In this document: positions 48,983-59,316 of the stretch, one piece after another
Position numbering within the stretch: position 1 is the stretch's first letter
Layout: every line of letters starts with the position of its first letter
Assembly (NCBI GenBank): GCA_963799835.1
Contig: CAWCYE010000001.1
Location: 96,024-160,023 of the forward strand
DNA length: 64,000 nucleotides
Source of the DNA: an uncultured Solirubrobacterales bacterium
Lineage (GTDB): Bacteria > Actinomycetota > Thermoleophilia > Solirubrobacterales > 70-9
Reading direction: 5' to 3'
Position numbers and translations under genes: made by a program
Notes under the pieces: model-generated
What the model saw: only the letters and a program-made list of their open reading frames with translations
Database searches by the model: none
What the model was told of the DNA's origin: nothing

Positions 48983-51901
48983 GTGGGCTCGAAGCGGCGC
49001 AACGCTCTGATCCTGGTCTTCGTCTTCGGGCTGATCGCCGTCTCGGCGCTGGTCATCTTCAGCAAGCCGACCAAGCTCGGACTCGACCTCAAGGGCGGCG
49101 TCGAGCTGGTCTACCAGGGCTCGCCGACCGGACAGGTCGAGGAAGTCACCGGCGAGGACATCGAACGCTCGATCAACATCATCCGCGAGCGCATCGACAA
49201 GCTCGGTGTCTCCGAGCCGGAAGTCGCCCGGCTCGGGACCGACCAGATCACCGTCAGCCTGCCCGACGTCACCAACGCCAGGCGGGCGATCGACCAGGTC
49301 GGGACGACGGCCCAGCTCTATTTCTACGACTGGGAGCCGAACCTGATCGGCCCCGAGGCGGCAATCGGCGGGCGTCCTGGCCAGGCGCCGCCGAAAAACG
49401 TGCTCAAAGCCTCCGAAGAACGCTGGGAAGAAGTGAATCGCAATCCCAAAAAACCGAAGAACGCCCTGCTGATCGCCGCCGGTGCCTACCCGACTGCCTA
49501 CACGGCGGCGCAGCTCGCCGCCGAACAGGAACCGGACGAAGTCTGCGCCAACTGCTCTATCGCCAAGCCTCGCTTCTACCTCTTCGAGAAGGAAGCCCCG
49601 CATGAGCTGATCGCCGGTCCGGAGCAGAGCAAAAAGGACCTCTACATCAGCCCGACCGGCGAAAAACGGCCCAAGAACGGGCTCGTCGTCGAAGTGCCAG
49701 CCGGCACGATCCTGGTCTCCGAATACCCGGTCGATCCGCAAACGGGCAAACAGGACGAGAACGCGCAGCCGGGCTGGTTTGCGATCAAGGACGACCCGGC
49801 CCTGTCGGGCACCGACATCACCGATCCCGAACAGCAGCTCGGGGAATTCAGCGAACCGATCGTCACCTTCAAATTCACCGACACGGGCCGCGAGGCCTTC
49901 CACGAAGTCACCCGGCAGATCGCCCGTCGCGGCGAATCGGCGGCAATCGGCCTGCTGGGCGGGCAGCCGGCCGGAGAACGCTCGGGCCACTTCGCCGTCG
50001 TCCTCGACAACCAGGTCGAGACCCGGCCGATCGTCAACTACGAAGAAAACCCGGACGGGATCGACGGCCGCACCGGGGCCCAGATCTCCGGCGGCTTCGA
50101 AGACCTGGCCGAGGCACAGGACCTGGCGACGACGCTGCAGATCGGCGCCCTGCCGATCGAACTGAAGCTGATCAGCCAGACCCAGGTCTCGGCGACGCTC
50201 GGCTCCCAGGCGCTCGACGCCGGGGTCAAAGCAGCGGTCATCGGCCTCGCCCTGGCCGTCCTCTTCCTGCTCCTCTACTACCGCTTCCTGGGCCTGATCG
50301 CCTCGGTCGCCCTCGGCGCCTACGGGGTGATCTTCTTCGCGCTGATCAAGCTGATCCCGATCACCCTGACCCTGCCGGGCATCGCCGGCCTGGTGCTGAC
50401 GATCGGGGTGGCGGCCGACTCCAACATCGTCATCTTCGAGCGAATCAAGGAGGAGGTGCGCGCCGGCCGAACGATGTCGAGCGCGATCGCCGCCGGCTAC
50501 AAACACGGTATAGCGACGATCATCGACGCCAACGTCGTCACCCTGCTCACCGCCTTCATCCTCTTCGTGCTGGCGACCGCCGGCGTCAAGGGCTTCGCCT
50601 TCACGCTCGGCGTCGGCACGATCGTCTCCCTGCTCACCGCCGTCGTCTTCACCCAGGCGCTGCTCGCCAGCATGAGCCGCACCCGCTTACTGCGTTCGCC
50701 GGCGGTGCTGGGCGCCGCCGGGCAGGGCAGGCGCTGGCACTTCGACTTCATGGGCGCCAGCCGCTGGTTCTTCTCGATCTCCGGCGTGATCCTTCTGGTC
50801 GGCGCCCTGGCGCTGGCGACCCAGCAGCTCAACTTCGGAATCGACTTCGAGTCTGGCACCCGGGTGAAGGTCGCGCTGGTCAAGGCCACCGACGAGGAAG
50901 GCGTGCGCGAATCCCTCGACTCGATCGGGCTCAACGGCGAGGAGATCCAGCAGGTCTCAGACCCGGTCCTCGGCGAGAACGTCTTCCAGATCCAGACCCG
51001 AGAACTGGGGCCCGAACAGGTGAAGCAGGCCCAGACCGTGCTCGAGTCTGATTTCGGAGTCGCCAAAAACGGCTTCGACAGCACCAGCGTCGGGCCGACC
51101 TTCGGGCAGCAGGTGGCGGACAGCGCCCTGAAAGCGCTGATCTTCTCCCTGCTGGTGATCTGCGGCTACGTGGCGCTGCGGTTCGACCCGAAGTTCGCCG
51201 TCCCGGTCCTGATCGCGATCTTCCACGACATTCTGATCACCGCCGGGATCTACTCGTTGACGGGGAAAGAGGTGAGCAGCGGCACCGTCGCCGCATTCCT
51301 GACCATCCTCGGGTACTCGCTGTACGACACGATCATCGTCTTCGACCGAATACGCGAGAACATGCCGCGGATGCCGCGTGCTGCGTTCTCCCAGATCGTC
51401 AACCGCTCGATGAGCGAGGTCATGACCAGGTCGCTGGCGACCAGCTTCACCACCCTGATGGGGGTCTTCTCGCTGCTGATCTTCGGCGGCGCGACCCTGC
51501 AGGACTTCGCCTTCGCGATGCTGGTCGGGATCGCCTCCGGCACCTACTCCTCGATCTTCATCGCCTCGCCGGTGCTGACCGCCTGGAAGGAACGCGAACC
51601 GGGCTTCGCGCGGCGTCGTTCGCGAATCGCGGAGGTCGAGGGGAGCGTCCCGGCCTTCGCCGACGACACCGATATCGCCAAGCTTTCCTCCGACGATGAG
51701 AGCGAAGCGGAGGCGGCGACCGAGGCGGAGGAGCCCGAGCCCAGGGCCGGTGCGGTCGCCACGGTCGAGCGGACCGGCGGCAACGGCGGCGACCCGGTCG
51801 CCGGGGACGGCGCCGATTCGGCGTCGGCCGACCGCCGCCAGCGCAACGCCGAGCGCCGGGCAAGGCGCCAGCAGCGCCGCAAGCACGGGAGGAACCGATG
51901 A
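48983..51901 (+). CDS. secDF: Fused protein translocase subunit SecDF
   Basis: LGLDLKGGVELVY and AGIAGLVLTIGVAADSNIVIFERIKEE (SecD), then FGIDFESGT and SLYDTIIVFDRIRE (SecF). It ends in a charged tail. Confidence 0.92.
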   Translation: MGSKRRNALILVFVFGLIAVSALVIFSKPTKLGLDLKGGVELVYQGSPTGQVEEVTGEDIERSINIIRERIDKLGVSEPEVARLGTDQITVSLPDVTNARRAIDQVGTTAQLYFYDWEPNLIGPEAAIGGRPGQAPPKNVLKASEERWEEVNRNPKKPKNALLIAAGAYPTAYTAAQLAAEQEPDEVCANCSIAKPRFYLFEKEAPHELIAGPEQSKKDLYISPTGEKRPKNGLVVEVPAGTILVSEYPVDPQTGKQDENAQPGWFAIKDDPALSGTDITDPEQQLGEFSEPIVTFKFTDTGREAFHEVTRQIARRGESAAIGLLGGQPAGERSGHFAVVLDNQVETRPIVNYEENPDGIDGRTGAQISGGFEDLAEAQDLATTLQIGALPIELKLISQTQVSATLGSQALDAGVKAAVIGLALAVLFLLLYYRFLGLIASVALGAYGVIFFALIKLIPITLTLPGIAGLVLTIGVAADSNIVIFERIKEEVRAGRTMSSAIAAGYKHGIATIIDANVVTLLTAFILFVLATAGVKGFAFTLGVGTIVSLLTAVVFTQALLASMSRTRLLRSPAVLGAAGQGRRWHFDFMGASRWFFSISGVILLVGALALATQQLNFGIDFESGTRVKVALVKATDEEGVRESLDSIGLNGEEIQQVSDPVLGENVFQIQTRELGPEQVKQAQTVLESDFGVAKNGFDSTSVGPTFGQQVADSALKALIFSLLVICGYVALRFDPKFAVPVLIAIFHDILITAGIYSLTGKEVSSGTVAAFLTILGYSLYDTIIVFDRIRENMPRMPRAAFSQIVNRSMSEVMTRSLATSFTTLMGVFSLLIFGGATLQDFAFAMLVGIASGTYSSIFIASPVLTAWKEREPGFARRRSRIAEVEGSVPAFADDTDIAKLSSDDESEAEAATEAEEPEPRAGAVATVERTGGNGGDPVAGDGADSASADRRQRNAERRARRQQRRKHGRNR

Positions 51902-51917
51902 CGGAGGGGATCTGCTG

Positions 51918-52184
51918 ATGGCACTTCTGGTCTGGTTCACGATGGGCATCGCCCTCTGGCACTTCACCGTCTTCCTGCCCGATCGCTTCTGGCAGGGGAT
52001 TGTCGGCGCCTTCCTCGGCGCGGTAACCGGCGCCGTCCTCTTCGGCTTGATCGTGCAGGCGATCGGCGGGGGCAGTCTCGGCGACACCGACCTGGGGACG
52101 GCCCTGATCGGGGTCCCAGGGACGGCGATCGGGCTCGCGGTCGTCTACTGGCTCGGCCTGCGGTCCGAACGTCAGCCCGCCTAG
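51918..52184 (+). CDS. Small membrane protein (GlsB/YeaQ/YmgE-like, tentative)
   Basis: 88 aa with 3 hydrophobic helices and a Gly-rich motif IVGAFLGAVTGAVLFG. Confidence 0.45.
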   Translation: MALLVWFTMGIALWHFTVFLPDRFWQGIVGAFLGAVTGAVLFGLIVQAIGGGSLGDTDLGTALIGVPGTAIGLAVVYWLGLRSERQPA

Positions 52185-52196
52185 CTAGATCTAGCT
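52183..52196. promoter_or_regulatory. Perfect 14-bp palindrome agctagatctagct
   Basis: Read directly from the sequence. It overlaps the stop codon of the small membrane gene, about 65 nt upstream of recJ. Confidence 0.3.
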
Positions 52197-52261
52197 TTCC
52201 CCTGCACCTTCCGGGTGGCCCCGCCGCCGATTCCGGCCGGGGCGCTTCCTAGCCTGGCGTT

Positions 52262-54877
52262 GTGCCGGAGCTCCTCACCGCATACGCCGCCGAGCCCTAT
52301 TCCTACGCGGACGTTCGCGCGGTCGCCGACGACCTCGACCTCTCCGAGCCGGTTGCGGTGACGCTGGTCAGGCGCGGCTACCGGACGCCGGAGCTGGCAC
52401 GGGCGTTCCTCGCCGCCGACGAGTCCCACCCGCCGGCGGCGTTCGGGTCGATGTCGGAAGTGGTCGGGCGGATTGCCGCGGCGATCGAGGCCGGCCGGCG
52501 GATCACCGTCCACGGCGACTTCGACGTCGACGGCGTCTGCGCGACGGCGATCATGGTCTCGACCCTTCGCCGGCTTGGCGCCGACTGCGACTGGCTGATC
52601 CCGGACCGGATAACCGATGGGTATGGGCTTACAGCCACGAACCTCGAACGGCTGGCATCTCGCGGAACCTCGCTCTTGATCACGGTTGACTGTGGCATCA
52701 CCGCGGTGGAGGAGGTGGAGCTTGCGCGCAGCCTGGGAATGGAGATCGTTGTCACCGACCACCATCAGGCTGGCGACGAGCTGCCGGACTGTCCGATCCT
52801 GCATCCCGAAATCAGTGACTACCCGTTTCACTCTCTCTGCGGGACTGCGGTGGCGTGGAAGCTGGCTTGTGCGTTGAGAGAGGCGCCGGGGGAGGGGTCT
52901 CCGGAGCAACAGCGGGGAGGCTCCGGAGACCCCTCCCCCGACACCTTTCCCGACGCCGATGCAGATCTTGAGCTTGTGGCATTGGCCACGGTGGCTGATG
53001 TGGTGCCGCTGGTGGGGGAGAACCGGGCGCTGGTGCGGCGAGGACTGGCCGCTATGCGCAGGACGCGCAGGCCGGGGCTAAGGGCGCTGATGGCATCGGC
53101 CAGATGTGAGCCGAGTCAGCTGGACGAGGGTGATTTGGCGTTCCGGCTGGCACCTCGGATCAATGCGGCGGGGCGGTTGTATCGGGCCGATGCCGGGGTG
53201 GAGCTGCTGTTGACCGAGGACGAGGCAAGGGCTGAGGCAATTGCCACCGAGCTGGGGCGGGCGAATTCGGAGCGGCGGGCTACGGAGCGGGAGGTGGATG
53301 CGGAGGCTGAGGCGGCGCGGCGGGAGCTTTCGGAGGAGTTGCGTGAGGCACATGGCCTTGTCTTGGCGGGGGAGGAGTGGCATCCCGGGGTCGTCGGGAT
53401 CGTCGCCTCGCGGCTGGTGGAGCGCCATCACCGACCCGTCGTGGTTGTCTCCCTCGACGGGGAAGGGGGAGGGCGCGGGTCCGGTCGCAGCATTCCCGGC
53501 TTCGACCTTTTGGCGGCGCTGGAGGCCTGCTCCGAGCATCTGGAGAGCTTCGGAGGCCATCGTGCCGCCGCCGGTCTCTCTCTGCGCGCCGAGAACCTGG
53601 ACGCCTTCCGTGAGGCCTTTGCCGCCCACGCGACTGCCGTCCTCGAGCCAGAGGACCTGCGTCGCACCGAGCGGATCGACGCGATGGTCGGCGGTGCGGG
53701 CCTCGGCCTCGACCTGGCCGAGGAGCTGGGCCGGCTGGGCCCGTTCGGGATGGGCAACCCGGGGGTGCGGCTGATGGTCCCCTCGGCGCGGGTCAGCGAC
53801 GTGCGCACGATGGGGGAGGGCAAGCACGCCCGCTTCAGCCTCCACAGCGGCGCCCACCGGGCGCTGGGGGTGGCCTTCGGGCGCTCCTCGCTCGGGGTCG
53901 GCGAGGAGGACCCGGTCGATGCCGCGGTGAGGCTCGAGGTCAACCAATGGAACGGCGCCGTCGAGCCGCGGGTGGTCCTCCGTGAGCTGTACCCGGTCGA
54001 GGCTGCCGATGCGGCACCGCTTCACGCCTGCCGTTGCGAGGACGCGGAGTGGTGGCGCCGCTTCGAGGCTGAGCTCACGCGCGATGCGGCTGGCGGGGCG
54101 CTTTTGTCGCCCATGGGGCTACAAAAGCGCCCAGAGGACGAAAAGAGGACCGTCGTTCGCGGCAGCCGCTCGGCGACGGCGGCGATCGCCGAGCTGGTCT
54201 CCAGCGGCGCCGGGGTGCTCGCGATCTGCGCCGACGCTTCGCGCCGGGCGGCGCTGGCGGGCGGGGCGACCGGCCTGGCCCGCTTCAACGGCGGTGCGGC
54301 GCTGATCGCCTGCCACCGCTGTGGCCGGGAGAACGTCGCCGGCCTGGCCGACCGCGCAGAGGGCGGTCTCGCTCTCGTCGATTTCGCCGCCCTGGCGCTT
54401 GAGCCCGAGCTGGCCGAGCGCTTCGAGCACGTCGTTCTCGTCGATCCCCCACCGGGGCCGGCCGAGGAGGGGCGGGCCGCCAGTCCCCGGCCCGGGGCCC
54501 CGTGCTTCCTGCACGAGCTGTGGAGCGAGTCCGAGCGAGCCTTCGCCCTCGCCGTCGCCGAATCTCAGGCGCCCTCCCGCGAGGCGATCGCGGCCGTCTT
54601 CAAGGCCCTACGCGAAGCTGGTGAGTGCGGGGGCGAAAGCCTGCGCGAGGCTCTCACGGGGGGCGGCGCGCATCCGCTTGGGCCGGAGACGGCGGCCCGC
54701 TGCCTCAAGGCCCTGGCCGAGCTGGGCCTGGTCTCCGGCGAGACCGCCGGCGGCGACGGGACCGTCGGGGTCGTATCCTCAGGGGGGACGAAGCTGGAGC
54801 GCTCAGCCGCGTTCCGCGTGTATAGCGAGCAACTCCTGGAGGCACGTCTATATCTCGAAAGACGCAAACTGTCGTAG
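52262..54877 (+). CDS. recJ: Single-stranded-DNA-specific exonuclease RecJ (long C-terminal extension)
   Basis: HGDFDVDGVCA, DRITDGYGL, TVDCGI, VVTDHH and GGHRAAAG motifs. Confidence 0.9.
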   Translation: MPELLTAYAAEPYSYADVRAVADDLDLSEPVAVTLVRRGYRTPELARAFLAADESHPPAAFGSMSEVVGRIAAAIEAGRRITVHGDFDVDGVCATAIMVSTLRRLGADCDWLIPDRITDGYGLTATNLERLASRGTSLLITVDCGITAVEEVELARSLGMEIVVTDHHQAGDELPDCPILHPEISDYPFHSLCGTAVAWKLACALREAPGEGSPEQQRGGSGDPSPDTFPDADADLELVALATVADVVPLVGENRALVRRGLAAMRRTRRPGLRALMASARCEPSQLDEGDLAFRLAPRINAAGRLYRADAGVELLLTEDEARAEAIATELGRANSERRATEREVDAEAEAARRELSEELREAHGLVLAGEEWHPGVVGIVASRLVERHHRPVVVVSLDGEGGGRGSGRSIPGFDLLAALEACSEHLESFGGHRAAAGLSLRAENLDAFREAFAAHATAVLEPEDLRRTERIDAMVGGAGLGLDLAEELGRLGPFGMGNPGVRLMVPSARVSDVRTMGEGKHARFSLHSGAHRALGVAFGRSSLGVGEEDPVDAAVRLEVNQWNGAVEPRVVLRELYPVEAADAAPLHACRCEDAEWWRRFEAELTRDAAGGALLSPMGLQKRPEDEKRTVVRGSRSATAAIAELVSSGAGVLAICADASRRAALAGGATGLARFNGGAALIACHRCGRENVAGLADRAEGGLALVDFAALALEPELAERFEHVVLVDPPPGPAEEGRAASPRPGAPCFLHELWSESERAFALAVAESQAPSREAIAAVFKALREAGECGGESLREALTGGGAHPLGPETAARCLKALAELGLVSGETAGGDGTVGVVSSGGTKLERSAAFRVYSEQLLEARLYLERRKLS

Positions 54878-54909
54878 CTAGGAAGGAACTTCTCGCCGAC
54901 CTCTTCGCG

Positions 54910-57105
54910 GTGGTTGAGGAGTTCGATTCCTCGCCGAGCGAAAACGGCGCCGGTTCGGGCGGCACTGCGGTCGCGGTCTCGACGATCGATCGCGCGGCGG
55001 TCGAGCGGGCGCTCGACTTCGCCTGCGAGCGTCACGCCGACCAGGTGCGCCACTCGGGCGACGAGTTCATCACCCACCCGGTCGGGGTGGCCCAGATCTG
55101 CGCCGGCATGCGGCTCGACACCGAGACGCTTTGCGCCGCCCTGCTCCACGACACGGTCGAGGACACCACCGCCAGCCTCGACGAGATCCGCGCCGAGTTC
55201 GGCGAGGAGATCGCCCAGCTGGTCGACGGCGTCACCAAGCTGACCGGGATCACCTTCGAGAGCCGCGACGAGCGCCAGGCGGAGAACTACCGCAAGATGA
55301 TGGTGGCGATGGCCACCGACGTCAGGGTGATCCTGATCAAGCTGGCCGACCGTCTGCACAACATGCGCACGCTCGGCGCCCTGCCGAAGCAGAAGCAGAC
55401 GCTGAAGTCCCACGAGACGCTGGAGATATACGCGCCGCTGGCGCACCGTCTCGGGATCCACGCGATCAAGTGGGAGCTGGAGGACCTCGCCTTCGCGACC
55501 CTGCACCCGCGCAAGTACGCGGAAATCAAGCAGCTGGTCGCCCAGCAGCGCGACGAGCGCGAGTCCTATGTCTCCGACGCCGGCACCTTCCTCGCGGAGG
55601 AGCTGGAGCAGGTCGGGATCGACGCCGAGATCTCGGGCCGGGCCAAGCACTTCTACTCGATCTACACGAAGATGGCGAAGAAGGGCCGGGAGTTCAACGA
55701 GATCTTCGACCTTACGGCGATGCGGGTAATCGTCGGCTCGGTCAAGGACTGCTACGGCGCGATCGGTGTCATCCACTCGCTCTGGAAGCCACTGCCCGGG
55801 CGCTTCAAGGACTTCGTCGCGATGCCCAAGGCGAACATGTACCAGGCGCTTCACACGACGGTGATCGGGCCCGAAGGCAAGCCGCTGGAGATCCAGATCC
55901 GGACCGAGGAGATGCACAAGCTGGCCGAGTACGGGATCGCCACCCACGTCGCCTACAAAGAGGGCGGCGGAGGCGATCCGAAGCGGGAGAAGATGACCTG
56001 GCTGCGCCAGCTGGTCGAGACCGAGGGCGAACAGGACCCGGCCGAGTTCCTCGAGTCGCTGAGGGTGGACCTGTTCGAGGACGAGGTCTTCGTCTTCACC
56101 CCGAAGGGCGAGGTGAAGAACCTCTCGGCCGGCTCGACGCCGCTCGACTTCGCTTACGCGGTCCACACCGACGTCGGCCACAGCTGCGTCGGCGCCAAGG
56201 TCAACGGCACGATCGTGCCGTTGCACTACCAGCTGCGCTCGGGCGACATCGTCGAGGTGCTGACCGCGAAGCAGAAACGGGCCCCCTCGCTGGACTGGCT
56301 GAAACTGGTCCGCACCAGCCGCGCCCGCAACAAGATCCGCGCCTGGTTCAAAGAGGAGCGCCGGGAGGACGCCGAGCGCGACGGCCGCGAAGGTCTCGAC
56401 GACGCCCTGCGCAAGCGCGGGCTGCCGATCCAGAAGCTGGCCGGCTCATCGCTGCTGGCGGACGTGATCCGCGAGATGGGCTTCCGCAAAGCCACCGACT
56501 TCTACATCGCCCTCGGCCAGGGCAAGGTCTCCACCAAGACGGTCACCAACAAGCTGATGCAGAGGCTGAAGGCCGGCGACGCGGTCGAGGACGACCAGAG
56601 CGCACCGGGTGTCGGAGGGGGCGACGACCGCGCGCGGCGGACCAAGGACGCGTCCAACTACGGGATCGTCGTCAAGGGCGTCGACAGCGTCGCCGTGCGC
56701 TTGGCCAAGTGCTGCCGGCCGGTCCCCGGCGACGAGATCTCCGGCTACGTCTCGCTCGGCCGCGGGATCACGATCCACCGCGAGGACTGCAAGAACGTGA
56801 AGGCGCTGAAGCGCTCGCCCCAGCGCTTCGTCGAGGTCCACTGGGAAGGCGAAAACGAGGCGTCCTACCGGGTCGAGATCCAGATCGACGCCTACGATCG
56901 CACTCGCCTGCTCGAGGATCTCTCGCGGACGTTCTCGGAGGTCGGCATCAACATCATCGGCGCCTCCTGCACGACCAACCATCCGATGGTGAAAAACCGC
57001 TTCGTCGTCGAGGTCGGCGACACCGAGCACCTGAAGCAGTGCATCGGCCGGCTCCGTAACGTCGAGTCGGTCTTCGACGTCTATCGAATAACGCCAGCGG
57101 CCTGA
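54910..57105 (+). CDS. relA: Bifunctional (p)ppGpp synthetase/hydrolase RelA/SpoT
   Basis: HD domain (HPVGVAQI..LLHDTVEDT), synthetase domain (RAKHFYSIYTKM, DLTAMRVIV), and TGS and ACT regions. Confidence 0.96.
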   Translation: MVEEFDSSPSENGAGSGGTAVAVSTIDRAAVERALDFACERHADQVRHSGDEFITHPVGVAQICAGMRLDTETLCAALLHDTVEDTTASLDEIRAEFGEEIAQLVDGVTKLTGITFESRDERQAENYRKMMVAMATDVRVILIKLADRLHNMRTLGALPKQKQTLKSHETLEIYAPLAHRLGIHAIKWELEDLAFATLHPRKYAEIKQLVAQQRDERESYVSDAGTFLAEELEQVGIDAEISGRAKHFYSIYTKMAKKGREFNEIFDLTAMRVIVGSVKDCYGAIGVIHSLWKPLPGRFKDFVAMPKANMYQALHTTVIGPEGKPLEIQIRTEEMHKLAEYGIATHVAYKEGGGGDPKREKMTWLRQLVETEGEQDPAEFLESLRVDLFEDEVFVFTPKGEVKNLSAGSTPLDFAYAVHTDVGHSCVGAKVNGTIVPLHYQLRSGDIVEVLTAKQKRAPSLDWLKLVRTSRARNKIRAWFKEERREDAERDGREGLDDALRKRGLPIQKLAGSSLLADVIREMGFRKATDFYIALGQGKVSTKTVTNKLMQRLKAGDAVEDDQSAPGVGGGDDRARRTKDASNYGIVVKGVDSVAVRLAKCCRPVPGDEISGYVSLGRGITIHREDCKNVKALKRSPQRFVEVHWEGENEASYRVEIQIDAYDRTRLLEDLSRTFSEVGINIIGASCTTNHPMVKNRFVVEVGDTEHLKQCIGRLRNVESVFDVYRITPAA

Positions 57106-57108
57106 TCG

Positions 57109-58119
57109 ATGTCTCTGACCGTCGCCGTCACCGGACCGACCGGGGAGATCGGGCTGGCGCTGCTGGCCGAGCTCGAGGAGACCGGTGCCGTCGGCGAGGT
57201 GTGGGGGATGGCGCGGCGGCCGTTCGACCCGGCTCGCGAGGGCTGGGACAAGGTCTCCTACAGGCGCGGCGACGTCCTCGATCGCGGTTCCCTGGCCCTG
57301 CTCTTCGACGGTGCCCAGGTCGCGGTCCACCTGGCCTTCTCGATCTTCGGCAGCCGCGAGGAGACCCGGCGCGTCAACCTCGAAGGCAGCCGCAACGTCT
57401 TCGAAGCGGCGGTCGAGGCCGGTGTCGAGCGGATCGTCTACGCGTCCTCGGTCGCCGCCTACGGCTTCCACGCCGACAACCCGCAGCCGCTGAGCGAGGA
57501 GGTGCCCGCGCGGGGCAGCGAGGGCTTCTACTACTCGGCCCAGAAGGCGGAGCTGGAGGCGACGCTGGAGGACCTCGTCGCCGGGAGCGGGGTGGAGTCC
57601 TACGTCTTTCGCCCCTGCATCGTCGCCGGTCCAAGGGCACCGATGCTGATCCGGCAGCTGGTCGATACCGCCCGCCTCGGAGATCCGCTGCCCTGGCTGC
57701 GCCGCGGCCTCGGGCGGCTGCCGTTGCCGGCGCCCGTCCTCCCCGACCCTGGGGTCCCGGTCCAGCTCGTCCACCACGACGACGTCGCCCGGGCGATGGC
57801 CGCGGCGATCGCCGGCGCGGGGCCGCCGGGCATCTACAACCTCGCCGCGGACGGTGTCGTCGACCTCGGCGACATCGCCCACTCGATCGGCTGGCACGCC
57901 GTCCGGGTCCCGTCCCCGGCGGTCAGCGTCGGGGTCGCCGCCGCGGGCCGGCTCGGTGGCCTCGCACCCCGGCTCGAGTGGGGGGTCGCCCTCGGCATGC
58001 CGGTGCTGATGGACACCTCGAAGGCCCGTGGGGAGCTCGATTGGGAACCGCGCTTCGACGCCGCCGAGACCCTGCTGCAGGCCGCGATCGGCGCCCGCGA
58101 AGCGGGCGTCCTCGACTGA
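57109..58119 (+). CDS. NAD-dependent epimerase/dehydratase family protein
   Basis: VAVTGPTGEIG Rossmann motif and YYSAQK catalytic motif. Confidence 0.8.
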   Translation: MSLTVAVTGPTGEIGLALLAELEETGAVGEVWGMARRPFDPAREGWDKVSYRRGDVLDRGSLALLFDGAQVAVHLAFSIFGSREETRRVNLEGSRNVFEAAVEAGVERIVYASSVAAYGFHADNPQPLSEEVPARGSEGFYYSAQKAELEATLEDLVAGSGVESYVFRPCIVAGPRAPMLIRQLVDTARLGDPLPWLRRGLGRLPLPAPVLPDPGVPVQLVHHDDVARAMAAAIAGAGPPGIYNLAADGVVDLGDIAHSIGWHAVRVPSPAVSVGVAAAGRLGGLAPRLEWGVALGMPVLMDTSKARGELDWEPRFDAAETLLQAAIGAREAGVLD

Positions 58120-58123
58120 GGCG

Positions 58124-59104
58124 CTAGGCGACGATTGTCAGCGCGCCCGGCTCGGCGCGCAGCTCGATCCGGGTGCGATCGCCGATGTAGTCGCCGTCAA
58201 CCTGCAGAGGGAAGGGCTTCGGCGAGCCGTCCTTCTCGGTGGAGATCGATTCCACGCTGGCCGAGGCGACGTCGTCGAAGTGGGTGACCTGGCGATGGTG
58301 CGCGGCCGGGCGGTTCTCGCTGAAGAGGCGGGCGATCAGAGTCGGCATGTCGCGCTGTGCGGCTCGCTTCAGGACACCCAGCGAGAGCGTTCCGTCGTCG
58401 ATCTCTATCCCCTCGCAGACGCGGATCGGGCGGCTGGCGAAGTAGGTGAAGGGGGCGGAGTTCTGGACGATCGCCGTGACGCCCTCGGCCGGCTCGGCGC
58501 CGTCAACCTCGGCTCGGACCCGGACGGGGCCGACCAGGTACTTGCGGTAGAAGCTCGAGAGCGCCGCCCAGCTGTAGTAGTAGGGGCCGGCCCTCGACTT
58601 CAGCCTCGGATGGGCATCGACGCGCCGGACCACGGTGGCGTCGATCCCGACGCCGCAGGCGAAGACGAAGTGGCGATCGTCCACCTTGCCGAGGTCGATC
58701 CTGCGCGGGGACCAGTCGTCGGCCAGTGCCAGCAGGTGCTCGGTCGCGTCGACTACGTCGTTGGGGATGCCGAGCGTGCGGCAGACGACGTTGGTCGAAC
58801 CGCCGGGAAGCATCGAGACCGGGACGTCGGTGCCGGCCAATCCGTTGGCGACCTCGTTCAGGGTCCCGTCCCCGCCGAAGGCGACGACGACGTCGTAGCC
58901 GTGGTCCCGGACCTCGCGCCCGATCTCGGTCGCGTGGTTCTGGGCCTCGGTCGAGACCGCCTCGACCTCGTAGCGGCCCTGCAGCGCGTAGACGACGAGG
59001 TTCCGCAGCCGGTCCGAGACCGTCGTCGCGTAGGGGTTGACGATGATCAGCATCCGCTTCTTGGCGGGCCTTTTTGGCTTTCTAGAGCGGATTCTGCTGG
59101 CCAT
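58124..59104 (-). CDS. Diacylglycerol/lipid kinase family protein (YegS/BmrU-like)
   Basis: LIIVNPYA and VVAFGGDGTLNEVANGL motifs. The ATG at 59104 is chosen; the ORF track extends to 59194. Confidence 0.85.
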   Translation of the reverse strand: MASRIRSRKPKRPAKKRMLIIVNPYATTVSDRLRNLVVYALQGRYEVEAVSTEAQNHATEIGREVRDHGYDVVVAFGGDGTLNEVANGLAGTDVPVSMLPGGSTNVVCRTLGIPNDVVDATEHLLALADDWSPRRIDLGKVDDRHFVFACGVGIDATVVRRVDAHPRLKSRAGPYYYSWAALSSFYRKYLVGPVRVRAEVDGAEPAEGVTAIVQNSAPFTYFASRPIRVCEGIEIDDGTLSLGVLKRAAQRDMPTLIARLFSENRPAAHHRQVTHFDDVASASVESISTEKDGSPKPFPLQVDGDYIGDRTRIELRAEPGALTIVA

Positions 59105-59182
59105 TCCCGGGAACATCCAGCAGCCTATTGTGATTCGCCATCCGGGGTCGCCCAGCGGTGGGCGCCCCTCCGCAGGCGCACC

Positions 59183-59210
59183 TTGACTATGCACAAGATC
59201 GCTATATCAT
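59183..59210 (+). promoter_or_regulatory. Candidate sigma-70-type promoter TTGACT-N16-TATCAT
   Basis: Near-consensus hexamers in an AT-richer spacer, about 105 nt upstream of the tRNA-Lys 5' end. Confidence 0.35.
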
Positions 59211-59316
59211 TCAGCGCCTTACATGTATTCAGGGTTGCGACAGCCAAGTTTTCCGTCCCCGTCAGGGGTGAAGGGCAGGAGCTCTAGGGGCTCGGACTGC
59301 CGGCAACCCGTCACCT

